From positions 16,959 through 80,958 of the forward strand of contig JBFJOC010000003.1 of the NCBI GenBank assembly GCA_041617855.1: DNA of 64,000 nucleotides, read 5' to 3'. The first letter of the stretch is position 1; every line of letters begins with the position of its first letter. The DNA is from Woeseiaceae bacterium. GTDB lineage: Bacteria; Pseudomonadota; Gammaproteobacteria; Steroidobacterales; Woeseiaceae. Below, in pieces: positions 31,710 through 40,154 of the stretch. The notes under the pieces are model-generated. The model ran no database searches. It was not told the DNA's origin and was given only the letters and a program-made list of their open reading frames with translations. The position numbers and the translations under genes were made by a program.

Positions 31710-34700
31710 TCACTCGGCGCTCTCGGTGTCGCGCAGCGCCGCAGAATGCCGGTCGCGCCAGTAACCCTGCCGGGCGAAGCAGCGCCACACCCACGGCAGC
31801 CAGCGCAGCAGCGCGAAGCTCAGCCACAGTGCCCAGGCAAGAATCAGCCCCTTGTAAATCCACATTGGGGCGGTCCATGCGGACGCGAGCGGCAGCGACG
31901 AATCGCTCCGATCGGCGAACCAGCGCAGCGTATTACCGTATGAGCTATTCCCCGAGACGTGCATGTCCGGCGTGCCGAGAAGTCCCCCGGGCAGGCTCCC
32001 TACGATTGCCACGAGTGCAACGATCGTCAGGCCTGCGATAGCAACCTGAATCAGGTTGAATTGCCACCAGGACACGTCCGTGCGCCATTTCTCACGGGCG
32101 CCGCAGGCCAGCAGCCAGGCGACAACGATTCCGAGCACGGGCCAATTGAACGTGCTGAATCCGAGCCCAAGCAACAGCCAGTGCCAGGCCCGCAGCGGAG
32201 TAAGCCCGGTCCGGCCCAGAATCGCCGCGACGAGGACCAGGACGGCAAGTTCCGACCAGTACAGTACGGCGGGCCCCAGGGCCGGTCCGTGCGTGGCAAT
32301 CAGCCAGCGATTCGCAGGCAGCACCATCGTCAGCGCGATGTTGCTGGCCGGGGCTGCGACGTCGACGGCGGGCGTATCCGTTCTCGACGTCACGTCGCCG
32401 TCGCTGCGCCACGTCACCTGGATCCGATGCTCGCCGGGCAGAATGGGCACTGTCACTTCGCCTTCTTCCGCGCGCAGCGGCTCGATCCGGCCATCGATTG
32501 CGACTTCCGTCACCTCGGCGCTTGCGGGTAGCCCCAGCCTGTGCTGCGCACCGCGCGTGCTGCGATAGTTCAACGCGAGCGTGGCCGTACTCGAACGATT
32601 ACCATGCACAACGTCGAGCGCAACCGCATCGAAGGCGAGCGTCCGTCCCTCGCTCGGCTCCGATCGCGTGGTCCGAATCGTCAGCGATTCGCCCCCGCGC
32701 GGGAAAAATTCGGCGAGTCGCGCGTCTGCGCTTAGCGCCGCCGATTCGCTCTCGGGTACGCCCCCGAACTCTGCGTGCCAGATACTGCCGATAGCGACGC
32801 GCCAGACCTCCTGCCAGGGTGCGCCGGCCAAGGCGAAAAGCTCGAGCAGCGGCGTGCGCGGCAGATTCGAACGCCAGCTTTGGACGCGCTGATTCGGGCT
32901 CATCGTTACCAGGATCGTGTCATCGCGCACCGTCATTCCGTCCGTCACGACGGCTTCGCCGGGGAGCAGCGGAATCTCGAGTGTCAATGCACCCTGCTCG
33001 GGTGCGATGCGCGCCACGATCGTCGTGACGTGCCAATCGAGATCCAGCTCGATCGTACGTTCGATGCGTACGAACGGCGGAAAGCGGCTCGTCTCCCAGC
33101 GGGGAGTTGCGTCCTCACCGCTGCCTCTCTCGAGGCGCGTGAGCTGCAGGGATCCGGACACCAGGCGGCGATCCTTGATGCCTGCGACCAGCCAGCCGTT
33201 GCTGGCGACCTCGATGACCCTCGGAGGTGTGGGAAACGGGATCTCCAGCGTGTCGGCATCCGGTACGCTGCCACGCAGCACGAGTTCATGCTGTCCGGCC
33301 GGCAGGCGCAGCCAAAGGACTTCGTCAGGCCCGCGCATGACCTCGATCGCGTTGCTGCCGTTGACCCGGATCGCGCTTGGGCGCCAGCCCCTTTCCGCGC
33401 CCGGCAGCGGCACCCCAACCTCCGCGACTGCATGCACGATGAGGCTCATCCGCACGCTTTCAGCATCGACGGCAACTTCGGCCGAGGCAATTTCGGCACA
33501 GCGAGGTGCGCAGGCCGGGGGCGCGAGCAGGCGCTTCTCCAGTTCCTCCAGGATCTGCGGGGATGGCGTCTCGGCGCGCGCCGGCGGGCTGTCCAGCGTC
33601 AGCATCACCGCCAGGCCGACGAGTAGCAGCGACGCCGCGCGGCTCGTGCCGAATGCAAAGCCGCGTGGCAGGCGTATACGCCTGCCGAGGATTTCGGCGG
33701 CGAACACCGCCGTGAACAGCAGCAGCAGCAAGACCTCGAAGAACCGCAGCGCCGTGACCAGCCCGCGAGGCATGACGATCAGCCGCATCGACTGACCCGC
33801 GTCGACCGGCCCGCCCCAGCTCAATTGGTACGTGTTCCACTCCCAGGACGGGACTCCCGGACCTGCCTGCACGATCGCGTTGGGTGCGTATCGCGCATAG
33901 CTCCTTGCGGCCGTGCGAGCGGCGGCGACCAGCTCGTCACGGGCAGCCTCCACCTGTACCTGCTGCAAGCGCCGTTCCGCCACGCCGGCTTCGCTCTTCA
34001 AGACGGCATCGGATTCCGCCGTCGCCGGGGCCCTGGGTACCGGAGGCTCGTGCACATCGACGCGCATCAACCGGTGCTGGGGCTCCAGCTGTGGATAGAT
34101 CGCGATGCGCAACTGCGAGGCCGCAAATGGAACCAGGACCAGTACGAGGAGCACCGCGCTGATGGCCTCGTAAACGCGCGCCGAGCGCATCAGTCGGCCT
34201 TTGGGCGCGACGCGGATCAGCGCAATTGCGACCAGCAGGTTGAGCCACAGCCATGACGGCGCATTCGGCTCATGGAAGCTCAAGGTCAGCGCAAGCAACG
34301 CAATCACCCCGGCGGTGGGGCCGAACAGCCGCCACGCGGCGATTGTCGTAATCAGCACCAGAAAGAAATCGAGAAGCTGCCAGCGGCTTACCCAGCTCCC
34401 CGGAGCACGATCGGCACCCGGTGCCACCAACAGCTTGTGCCCCGGCGGCAGATTGAGTTGCAGAGACACATTGACGAAGCGCGCGTCCCAGCCCGTGACC
34501 GGCATGCTGCTACGGGTGGCGGCACGCCCGAGGCTTTCGAGGTCAACGGCAGACCGGCGGACCTCGACGCCCGTGTAGCCCTCCTGCGCACCCTCGGTTA
34601 CGAGCAGATTCTCCCCGCCTTCGCGGGCACTCAGCAGCCGATACGGCGGCTGCATGTCCAGGCGCCAGCCGGTGCGCATCGAGCCGCTGATCCTGTCCTT

Positions 34701-35789
34701 CACGACGAATCCGTCACCGGCAAAGTCGAGCCACATCTGGCGCTTTAGCGTAAGCTCGTTGTCGGCGGCCACCATGCCGCGGCTGCGTTCCTCGATCTCG
34801 AGCGGCTGGCCCGGCTCGATGCGAAACGCCGGGAGATTTTGCCATGCGGCCGGTACCTGGACCTGCAGCGGATCGACCGGCGGTGGGCCCTGCGCGGCGG
34901 TCACCCGGAGCCGATCATTGGCCCGATAGCTCCAGATCTCCCACTCGGGCATGTTCGTTTCGGGCGCCGGAAGCTGAATTGCATTCAGCACGTCGTCGGC
35001 GCGCGCCTGAAGCGTTACGGTCCAGACCCCCGGGCGCACCTGCAGGCGTAGCCTGCCGTCCGGTTCGAGGCGCGCGGGCATCTCCGAGGCCAATGCCAGC
35101 GGCACAAAGCCCGCTGGCAGCAGCGGCCCGAACAGGGCCTCACGCACGCTGCCGGACACCTCGACCCTGAGCTCCGTGGTCAGCCGGGTCGGCACGTCGT
35201 CGCTGACCAGTCGATAGACACTGCTCTGGATCGCATCCCGAGCCTGGGGCTCCTGCCGGCGTTCGCCAAGAAACAGGCCGGCGCGACCGCGATCTGGCTG
35301 CGCGATCCGGCGCCCGTCAATCGTCAACGACACGAGGCCGCTAACGTCCGGCACCCGCAGCACGCCGGGGCGCTCGTCCCAACCAAATCTGCCCGTCACC
35401 GTATAGCGGCCCGGCGGCAGCCGCAGCTGGGGGATGCCGTCACGCATGACGACAATCGCGGAGCGGCCGTTTACCGAAACCTGGTCGGGCCAATAGGCAA
35501 CGTCCCCCGGTAGCGGCAGCCACTGCTCTGCTGCGTACACCGTCCATTGCTGGGTGAAACGGGCGCCCGTGCCGGTTACCGCGATATCCAGACCTCCGGG
35601 CCAGGCGCATACGAATTCATCTTCGTTGCGCGTGGACCGATCGAAGAAGAACGGGCATTCCCTATAGTTTTTGCCCTGCAAAACCCAGCCGCGCCATTGC
35701 TCGAGCTCAGGCGGGACGTAAACGTCGTTCGCGACTGCAAACACGGGCAGCAGTGCAAGAACATGAGCCAGCCTGTGCATTCTAGTCAT
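31710..35789 (-). CDS. Large (about 1,359 aa) polytopic membrane protein with two tandem homologous modules; family not recognised
   Basis: Start set to ATG 35789 (MTRMHRLAHVLALLPVFAVA/ND, a good signal peptide), preceded by AGGAG 6 nt upstream. There are two roughly 450-aa hydrophilic regions, each followed by a cluster of TM helices. The track ORF begins at an upstream TTG (35957). Confidence 0.85.
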   Translation of the reverse strand: MTRMHRLAHVLALLPVFAVANDVYVPPELEQWRGWVLQGKNYRECPFFFDRSTRNEDEFVCAWPGGLDIAVTGTGARFTQQWTVYAAEQWLPLPGDVAYWPDQVSVNGRSAIVVMRDGIPQLRLPPGRYTVTGRFGWDERPGVLRVPDVSGLVSLTIDGRRIAQPDRGRAGLFLGERRQEPQARDAIQSSVYRLVSDDVPTRLTTELRVEVSGSVREALFGPLLPAGFVPLALASEMPARLEPDGRLRLQVRPGVWTVTLQARADDVLNAIQLPAPETNMPEWEIWSYRANDRLRVTAAQGPPPVDPLQVQVPAAWQNLPAFRIEPGQPLEIEERSRGMVAADNELTLKRQMWLDFAGDGFVVKDRISGSMRTGWRLDMQPPYRLLSAREGGENLLVTEGAQEGYTGVEVRRSAVDLESLGRAATRSSMPVTGWDARFVNVSLQLNLPPGHKLLVAPGADRAPGSWVSRWQLLDFFLVLITTIAAWRLFGPTAGVIALLALTLSFHEPNAPSWLWLNLLVAIALIRVAPKGRLMRSARVYEAISAVLLVLVLVPFAASQLRIAIYPQLEPQHRLMRVDVHEPPVPRAPATAESDAVLKSEAGVAERRLQQVQVEAARDELVAAARTAARSYARYAPNAIVQAGPGVPSWEWNTYQLSWGGPVDAGQSMRLIVMPRGLVTALRFFEVLLLLLFTAVFAAEILGRRIRLPRGFAFGTSRAASLLLVGLAVMLTLDSPPARAETPSPQILEELEKRLLAPPACAPRCAEIASAEVAVDAESVRMSLIVHAVAEVGVPLPGAERGWRPSAIRVNGSNAIEVMRGPDEVLWLRLPAGQHELVLRGSVPDADTLEIPFPTPPRVIEVASNGWLVAGIKDRRLVSGSLQLTRLERGSGEDATPRWETSRFPPFVRIERTIELDLDWHVTTIVARIAPEQGALTLEIPLLPGEAVVTDGMTVRDDTILVTMSPNQRVQSWRSNLPRTPLLELFALAGAPWQEVWRVAIGSIWHAEFGGVPESESAALSADARLAEFFPRGGESLTIRTTRSEPSEGRTLAFDAVALDVVHGNRSSTATLALNYRSTRGAQHRLGLPASAEVTEVAIDGRIEPLRAEEGEVTVPILPGEHRIQVTWRSDGDVTSRTDTPAVDVAAPASNIALTMVLPANRWLIATHGPALGPAVLYWSELAVLVLVAAILGRTGLTPLRAWHWLLLGLGFSTFNWPVLGIVVAWLLACGAREKWRTDVSWWQFNLIQVAIAGLTIVALVAIVGSLPGGLLGTPDMHVSGNSSYGNTLRWFADRSDSSLPLASAWTAPMWIYKGLILAWALWLSFALLRWLPWVWRCFARQGYWRDRHSAALRDTESAE

Positions 35790-36076
35790 CACCGTCTCCT
35801 GAGCATCGGCGCGCTCGACACTATACGTGAACGCATCGCCGCCGGTTTCCGGGGCAGCGGCCGCGTCGCATCGGTCAATAACGCCGCCGCTCGCGCTAAC
35901 CGTGCCGTTTGCGGAGCTGTCGCCGCGGCCCGAACGCGCTCCGAGATGAAACGACAAAGCGCGGCCCGCGGGATGATGCTTTTCTGCTGATTCGTGATGA
36001 CGTCGTCAAGACCTGCAGGCAGCCGAATCATGCGGGCCATGCTGCTCGCGATAATGATCAGCCGTCGCTCATTCAT
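35789..36076 (-). CDS. Hypothetical 95-aa protein, possible first gene of the giant-protein operon
   Basis: ATG 36076 is preceded by GAGG with a 5-nt spacer and a TTGTCA-N18-TACAAT promoter-like element. Third codon positions are mostly G/C. Its stop overlaps the ATG of the giant gene (TGATG). The C-terminal half is Ala/Arg-rich and there is no known domain, so it could be non-coding leader. Confidence 0.4.
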   Translation of the reverse strand: MNERRLIIIASSMARMIRLPAGLDDVITNQQKSIIPRAALCRFISERVRAAATAPQTARLARAAALLTDATRPLPRKPAAMRSRIVSSAPMLRRR

Positions 36077-36107
36077 GGTAGCCTCGATTGGACTTAATTC
36101 TTAGGCG

Positions 36108-36137
36108 ATTGTAGGAGGCAGCCGCGCCGAGTGACAA
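36108..36137 (-). promoter_or_regulatory. Sigma-70-like promoter upstream of orf95 and the giant-protein operon
   Basis: The minus strand reads TTGTCA (36137-36132), an 18-nt spacer, then TACAAT (36113-36108). It lies in the divergent intergenic region shared with uup. Confidence 0.45.
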
Positions 36138-36195
36138 TGCCCGCGCGCCTCGAGTTTCTTATCGTCGGACGCGCGCAACGAACGACGGACTTCGC

Positions 36196-38115
36196 ATGCC
36201 GATTCTACGTTTTGACGCCGTGTCGCTCGCTTTTGGCGACCAGGTGATTCTCGCCGCTGCCGAATTCTCGATTGAGGCCGGCGAGCGTGTTTGTCTCATC
36301 GGGAGAAATGGCGCCGGCAAGTCGACGACACTGAAGCTCATTACCGGCGACGTCGCGCCGGACCACGGCGAAATCGTTATGAATTCGCTTGTCGCCGTCA
36401 GTCAGCTCGAGCAGGAGCTGCCCGCGCTGCTCGATGAGCCGGTTCGCGCAGTCGTGCGTTCCGGTCTCGCCGAGGCGGAGCGCCTGCTCGGGGAATACCG
36501 GCGTCTTTCGGATGCCGATCTTGACCGCGAATCACTTGCCCGCCTAGCGGAGCTGCATGCGCGCATCGACGCGCGGGATGCATGGCACATCGATCAGCGC
36601 GTGGACGAGATAATCAGCGATCTGAGCCTGCCGGGCGAAACGCGGATGAGCGAGCTGTCGGGTGGCTGGCGCCGCCGCGTCGCGCTGGCGAGAGCGCTGG
36701 TCGGCAAACCCGATCTGCTCCTCCTTGACGAGCCGACCAACCACCTCGACATCGCCACGATATCCTGGCTCGAAGATCGTATCAGTGCATATCCCGGAGC
36801 GGTGATGTTCATTACCCATGACCGCAAATTCCTGTCCCGGCTTTGCGATCGGATTGTCGAAATCGATCGCGGCAAACTCACCAGCTGGCCGGGAAATTAT
36901 CAACAGTACCTGCGCCGCAAGGAACAAGCCCTCGAGGATGAGGCCGCGGAAAATGCCCGCTTCGACAAAAAGTTAGCGCAGGAGGAGATCTGGATACGCC
37001 AGGGGATCAAAGCCCGGCGCACGCGTAACGAAGGCCGCGCGCGCGCGCTTCAGAGAATGCGTGAAATCCGTGCGCAGCGCGTACCTCGCGAGCATCAGCC
37101 ACGCCTGCACATCGAGGAAGCCGGACAGTCGGGTCGCAAAGTGATTCGGGCACGTAATGTCTGTTACGGCTATGCGGGCGAGACGCTCATTCGCGAATTG
37201 TCGATCACGATCATGCGCGGCGACCGCATAGGCCTGATTGGAAACAACGGCGTCGGCAAGACGACGTTGCTGCGTTTGCTACTCGGCGAGATTCAGCCAC
37301 AGGCGGGCACGATCAAGCACGGTACGAATCTCGAGGTCGGTTACTTCGATCAACTGCGCCAGACTCTGGATCCGGAAAAATCGGTCGCCTACAACGTGGG
37401 TGAAGGCCGAACGTACATCAAGCTAAATGGCAAAGACAGGCACATCGTCGGCTACCTGAAGGGCTTTTTATTTACGCCAAAACGCGCAGCGATGCCCGTG
37501 AAGGCGCTGTCTGGCGGCGAGCGAAATCGTGTCATCCTAGCAAAACTTTTCACCCGGCCCGCGAATCTGCTCGTACTGGACGAACCGACGAACGATCTCG
37601 ACATCGAGACCCTGGAAGTCCTCGAAGAGAAGCTATGCGGCTACTCGGGCACGCTGATTGTCGTCAGCCATGACCGTGAGTTCCTGGACAATGTTGTGAC
37701 CAGCACGCTTGCGTTCGAAGCAGACGGCAGGGTTCGGGAGTATCCCGGGGGATATAGTGACTGGCTGAGGAAAGGCCGGGCGCTCGCCGAAGCGGACGAC
37801 CCGAACGTCGCGGCGGAGCGACGCAACGGGTCAAAGGAACGTCGGCCCGCGAAGATTCAGACCAAGCTCGGCTACAAAGACCAGCGCGAACTCGATCAGC
37901 TGCCGTCAGAAATCGACGCGCTGGAGGAATCGATAGCCGAGCTGTACGCCGTCGTCGCCGACCCGAATTTCTACACGGGGACCGATGCCTCGGTTCGTGA
38001 CACGCTTGCCAGTCTACGCGCGGCCGAGGCGCGGCTCGAAGCAAGAATCGAGCGCTGGAGTGAGCTCGAGGCACTCGGCGCGAAGCTCGAGGCGCGCGGC
38101 AGGCAGCACGACTGA
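36196..38115 (+). CDS. uup: ABC-F family ATPase (Uup-like)
   Basis: 639-aa ORF with two ABC cassettes (GRNGAGKST and GNNGVGKTT), a linker and a C-terminal coiled-coil tail. There are no TM segments. Confidence 0.9.
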   Translation: MPILRFDAVSLAFGDQVILAAAEFSIEAGERVCLIGRNGAGKSTTLKLITGDVAPDHGEIVMNSLVAVSQLEQELPALLDEPVRAVVRSGLAEAERLLGEYRRLSDADLDRESLARLAELHARIDARDAWHIDQRVDEIISDLSLPGETRMSELSGGWRRRVALARALVGKPDLLLLDEPTNHLDIATISWLEDRISAYPGAVMFITHDRKFLSRLCDRIVEIDRGKLTSWPGNYQQYLRRKEQALEDEAAENARFDKKLAQEEIWIRQGIKARRTRNEGRARALQRMREIRAQRVPREHQPRLHIEEAGQSGRKVIRARNVCYGYAGETLIRELSITIMRGDRIGLIGNNGVGKTTLLRLLLGEIQPQAGTIKHGTNLEVGYFDQLRQTLDPEKSVAYNVGEGRTYIKLNGKDRHIVGYLKGFLFTPKRAAMPVKALSGGERNRVILAKLFTRPANLLVLDEPTNDLDIETLEVLEEKLCGYSGTLIVVSHDREFLDNVVTSTLAFEADGRVREYPGGYSDWLRKGRALAEADDPNVAAERRNGSKERRPAKIQTKLGYKDQRELDQLPSEIDALEESIAELYAVVADPNFYTGTDASVRDTLASLRAAEARLEARIERWSELEALGAKLEARGRQHD

Positions 38116-38132
38116 CTCCCAATGTCGATAGC

Positions 38133-38160
38133 ACGCGGATCCTTCCGTGTTCCGCGTTTT
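38133..38160 (+). terminator. Candidate intrinsic terminator after uup
   Basis: ACGCGGA-(11 nt loop)-TCCGCGT is followed by TTT. It begins 18 nt after the uup stop. Confidence 0.5.
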
Positions 38161-38236
38161 AGTGACGGCGCGTATCCGCGCGGAGCTCGCGCGCGAATCG
38201 GCAAGTTCATGATAATTCGCGAAATTTACCGATACG

Positions 38237-38617
38237 TCAAGCGTCGTCCCAGACGTTTGCGGTCTCCGCGAAACGGGCGCTGACGGGCGGCACCAGGCAA
38301 AAACGCTGGCCGGTCGGCGCCTCCATGACGATCCAGCGCTTGATTGCGGCGACGCGGCGCGCGCCCAACGATTCGAGCCGGGTCGCCTCGGCTTCGAGGT
38401 CGTCGGATTCGATATCGATGTGCACGCGGCTCCGGTGTCCGACTTTTTGCACCTCGACGTAGGGCTGATCCGCGGGCACTCGGAGTTCGACATAGGGGCC
38501 CTCACTCCGCTCTGCGGTCCTCGGGAAGCCCAGCGCGGCGCTCCAGAATTGCGCTGCCGCATCGAGGTCGTCGGTGTGGCAATCGATGATGAAGCCCGCG
38601 AAGCGGCTACGATGCAT
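38237..38617 (-). CDS. VOC (glyoxalase/bleomycin-resistance) family protein
   Basis: 126-aa ORF: FAGFIIDC..DLDAAAQFWSAALGF..HIDIESDDLEAE..RL..LGA, typical of the VOC fold. Confidence 0.75.
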   Translation of the reverse strand: MHRSRFAGFIIDCHTDDLDAAAQFWSAALGFPRTAERSEGPYVELRVPADQPYVEVQKVGHRSRVHIDIESDDLEAEATRLESLGARRVAAIKRWIVMEAPTGQRFCLVPPVSARFAETANVWDDA

Positions 38618-39161
38618 TTTTGTCTCCTTTTGCGACCGGACGAGTCAGGTAATAGCACCTGTCGGCCAGCGGTTCGCTTTCGGGAAATGGCTGAATCTCG
38701 AAACCCAATGCCCGGTAACATCCGAGCGCCGGCCTATTGTCACGATACACGTACAGCGAATACTGATCGAGATCGAATGATTTGCGCCCCTCGCGCATGA
38801 GCAAGCGAACCAGCTCCTTTCCGACACCCTGACCGCGGCACCGGGGCGCAACCGCGAGGCGCGCCAGGTTGATGCACGCGAATCGTTCATACAGTTGCCC
38901 AAATCCCACAAGTTCATCGCAATCGTTGCGCAGGCCGTACGTTGCGCGTTCCGTCCAGAGCAGATCTTCGCGAAACGACTCCATCGTGAAGGGATAACGA
39001 AAATTTGGTCCGCTCCAGACGTCACAGGAACGTTCGTCGGGAAACCACGTCATGAGTTCGGCAATGTCGCATTCGGTCACGACGCGCAGCACGAACGGTG
39101 GTGTCGGCTTCACTGGTCGCAGCCCCGGTGGTCGCGCTTCAATGCCGGTCCGTCGCAACAT
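38607..39161 (-). CDS. GNAT-family N-acetyltransferase
   Basis: 184-aa ORF with an acetyl-CoA-binding motif (LAVAPRCRGQGVGKELV) and ..YRALGFE. Confidence 0.8.
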   Translation of the reverse strand: MLRRTGIEARPPGLRPVKPTPPFVLRVVTECDIAELMTWFPDERSCDVWSGPNFRYPFTMESFREDLLWTERATYGLRNDCDELVGFGQLYERFACINLARLAVAPRCRGQGVGKELVRLLMREGRKSFDLDQYSLYVYRDNRPALGCYRALGFEIQPFPESEPLADRCYYLTRPVAKGDKNAS

Positions 39162-39632
39162 TTAGTCACCGGGCATCGTTTCCTCGAAATAACGATCGAA
39201 GGCACGATGCTTGACTTCCGCCGACGTGCGGATCGCATCCAGCGCCAAATTGAACTGCTCGAGCTCGGCGACGTCCCGGTGGCCGTCCGCAGCGATGACC
39301 TTGAGCGCCATCACCGCGATATCTTCTTTTTCCTGGTCCGACAGAGACCGGCCGAATTCAGAAAGCAGCGGACCGAGATCCGGGCTATCCGCCATTTCGG
39401 TCATAGCCCGCGTCAGCAGCTCGAGAGATTCCGCACTTTCGAGATGGAAATGCTCCTCGACGAGATCGATCATCTCAGCGGATTCTTCCGGTTCTATCCG
39501 GCCATCGCCTTTGGCTATTAAGATCATCAGCGCCGCAACCAGAAACGGCGCATCGTATGTCTCGGTCCCGTGGTCCGTTTCAACGACCAGCGAGTTGCCG
39601 ATGAATTGCGACGATTTTATCGTGTAAGTCAC
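39162..39632 (-). CDS. TerB-like (tellurite-resistance TerB fold) protein
   Basis: 156-aa ORF: AALMILIAKGDGRIEPEESAEM...DIAVMALKVIAADGHRDVAELEQF, the repeated TerB-type helical motif. Confidence 0.65.
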   Translation of the reverse strand: MTYTIKSSQFIGNSLVVETDHGTETYDAPFLVAALMILIAKGDGRIEPEESAEMIDLVEEHFHLESAESLELLTRAMTEMADSPDLGPLLSEFGRSLSDQEKEDIAVMALKVIAADGHRDVAELEQFNLALDAIRTSAEVKHRAFDRYFEETMPGD

Positions 39633-40060
39633 TTGGCCGGACCGGTGGAATATTTTTTACGAATATAATCGACCGAACATCGGATCAGCTCCTGCAGCAC
39701 CTTTGCATCGATATCCTCGAGTCGGTTGATGTACAAACAAGACCTACCCGTCTTGTGTTTGCCCAGTTTTTTGAGAAGCGTATCGAATTGACTGAAGCCG
39801 GACATGATATACACAGCCAGATTCTGCTTTCGCGACGAAAACCCTACCAGCATCCAGTTGCCCTCACGGCCGCTCGCATACCTGTATCTGTAGCTACCGA
39901 AGCCGACGATGCTTGTACCCCACATTGCGGCTCGCTTTCCCGTTGCCGCGCGCATCATAACCATTATCTTTCTGGCATCCGCGCGCCTCTGTTTATCCTC
40001 GATCGCGTTGATAAACTTGGTCACGCTAGCGGTATTCTTTTTCGTCTTGAGCACAGCCAT
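39629..40060 (-). CDS. DUF1801 (YdhG-like) domain protein
   Basis: Internal ATG 40060 gives MAVLKTKKNTASVTKFINAIEDKQRRADARKI..MWGTSIVGFGSYRY.Y.SGREG.W..VGFS.RKQNLAVY. Its stop overlaps the TerB-like start (ATGA). Confidence 0.7.
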   Translation of the reverse strand: MAVLKTKKNTASVTKFINAIEDKQRRADARKIMVMMRAATGKRAAMWGTSIVGFGSYRYRYASGREGNWMLVGFSSRKQNLAVYIMSGFSQFDTLLKKLGKHKTGRSCLYINRLEDIDAKVLQELIRCSVDYIRKKYSTGPAK

Positions 40061-40154
40061 ATATTTCGCCCACGTCGGTTCAGCCCGTCCGCGCACGTGA
40101 GTTTGCGCTGGCGCGATTCTTAGGCTCACGATATTTCAAAAAAAATAAATAAAA

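Noticed and set aside
35790-35957. TTG-initiated 56-codon extension of the giant ORF
   Set aside because: It would place a textbook signal peptide internally. ATG 35789 has an AGGAG Shine-Dalgarno. I kept it only as the alternative to orf95.
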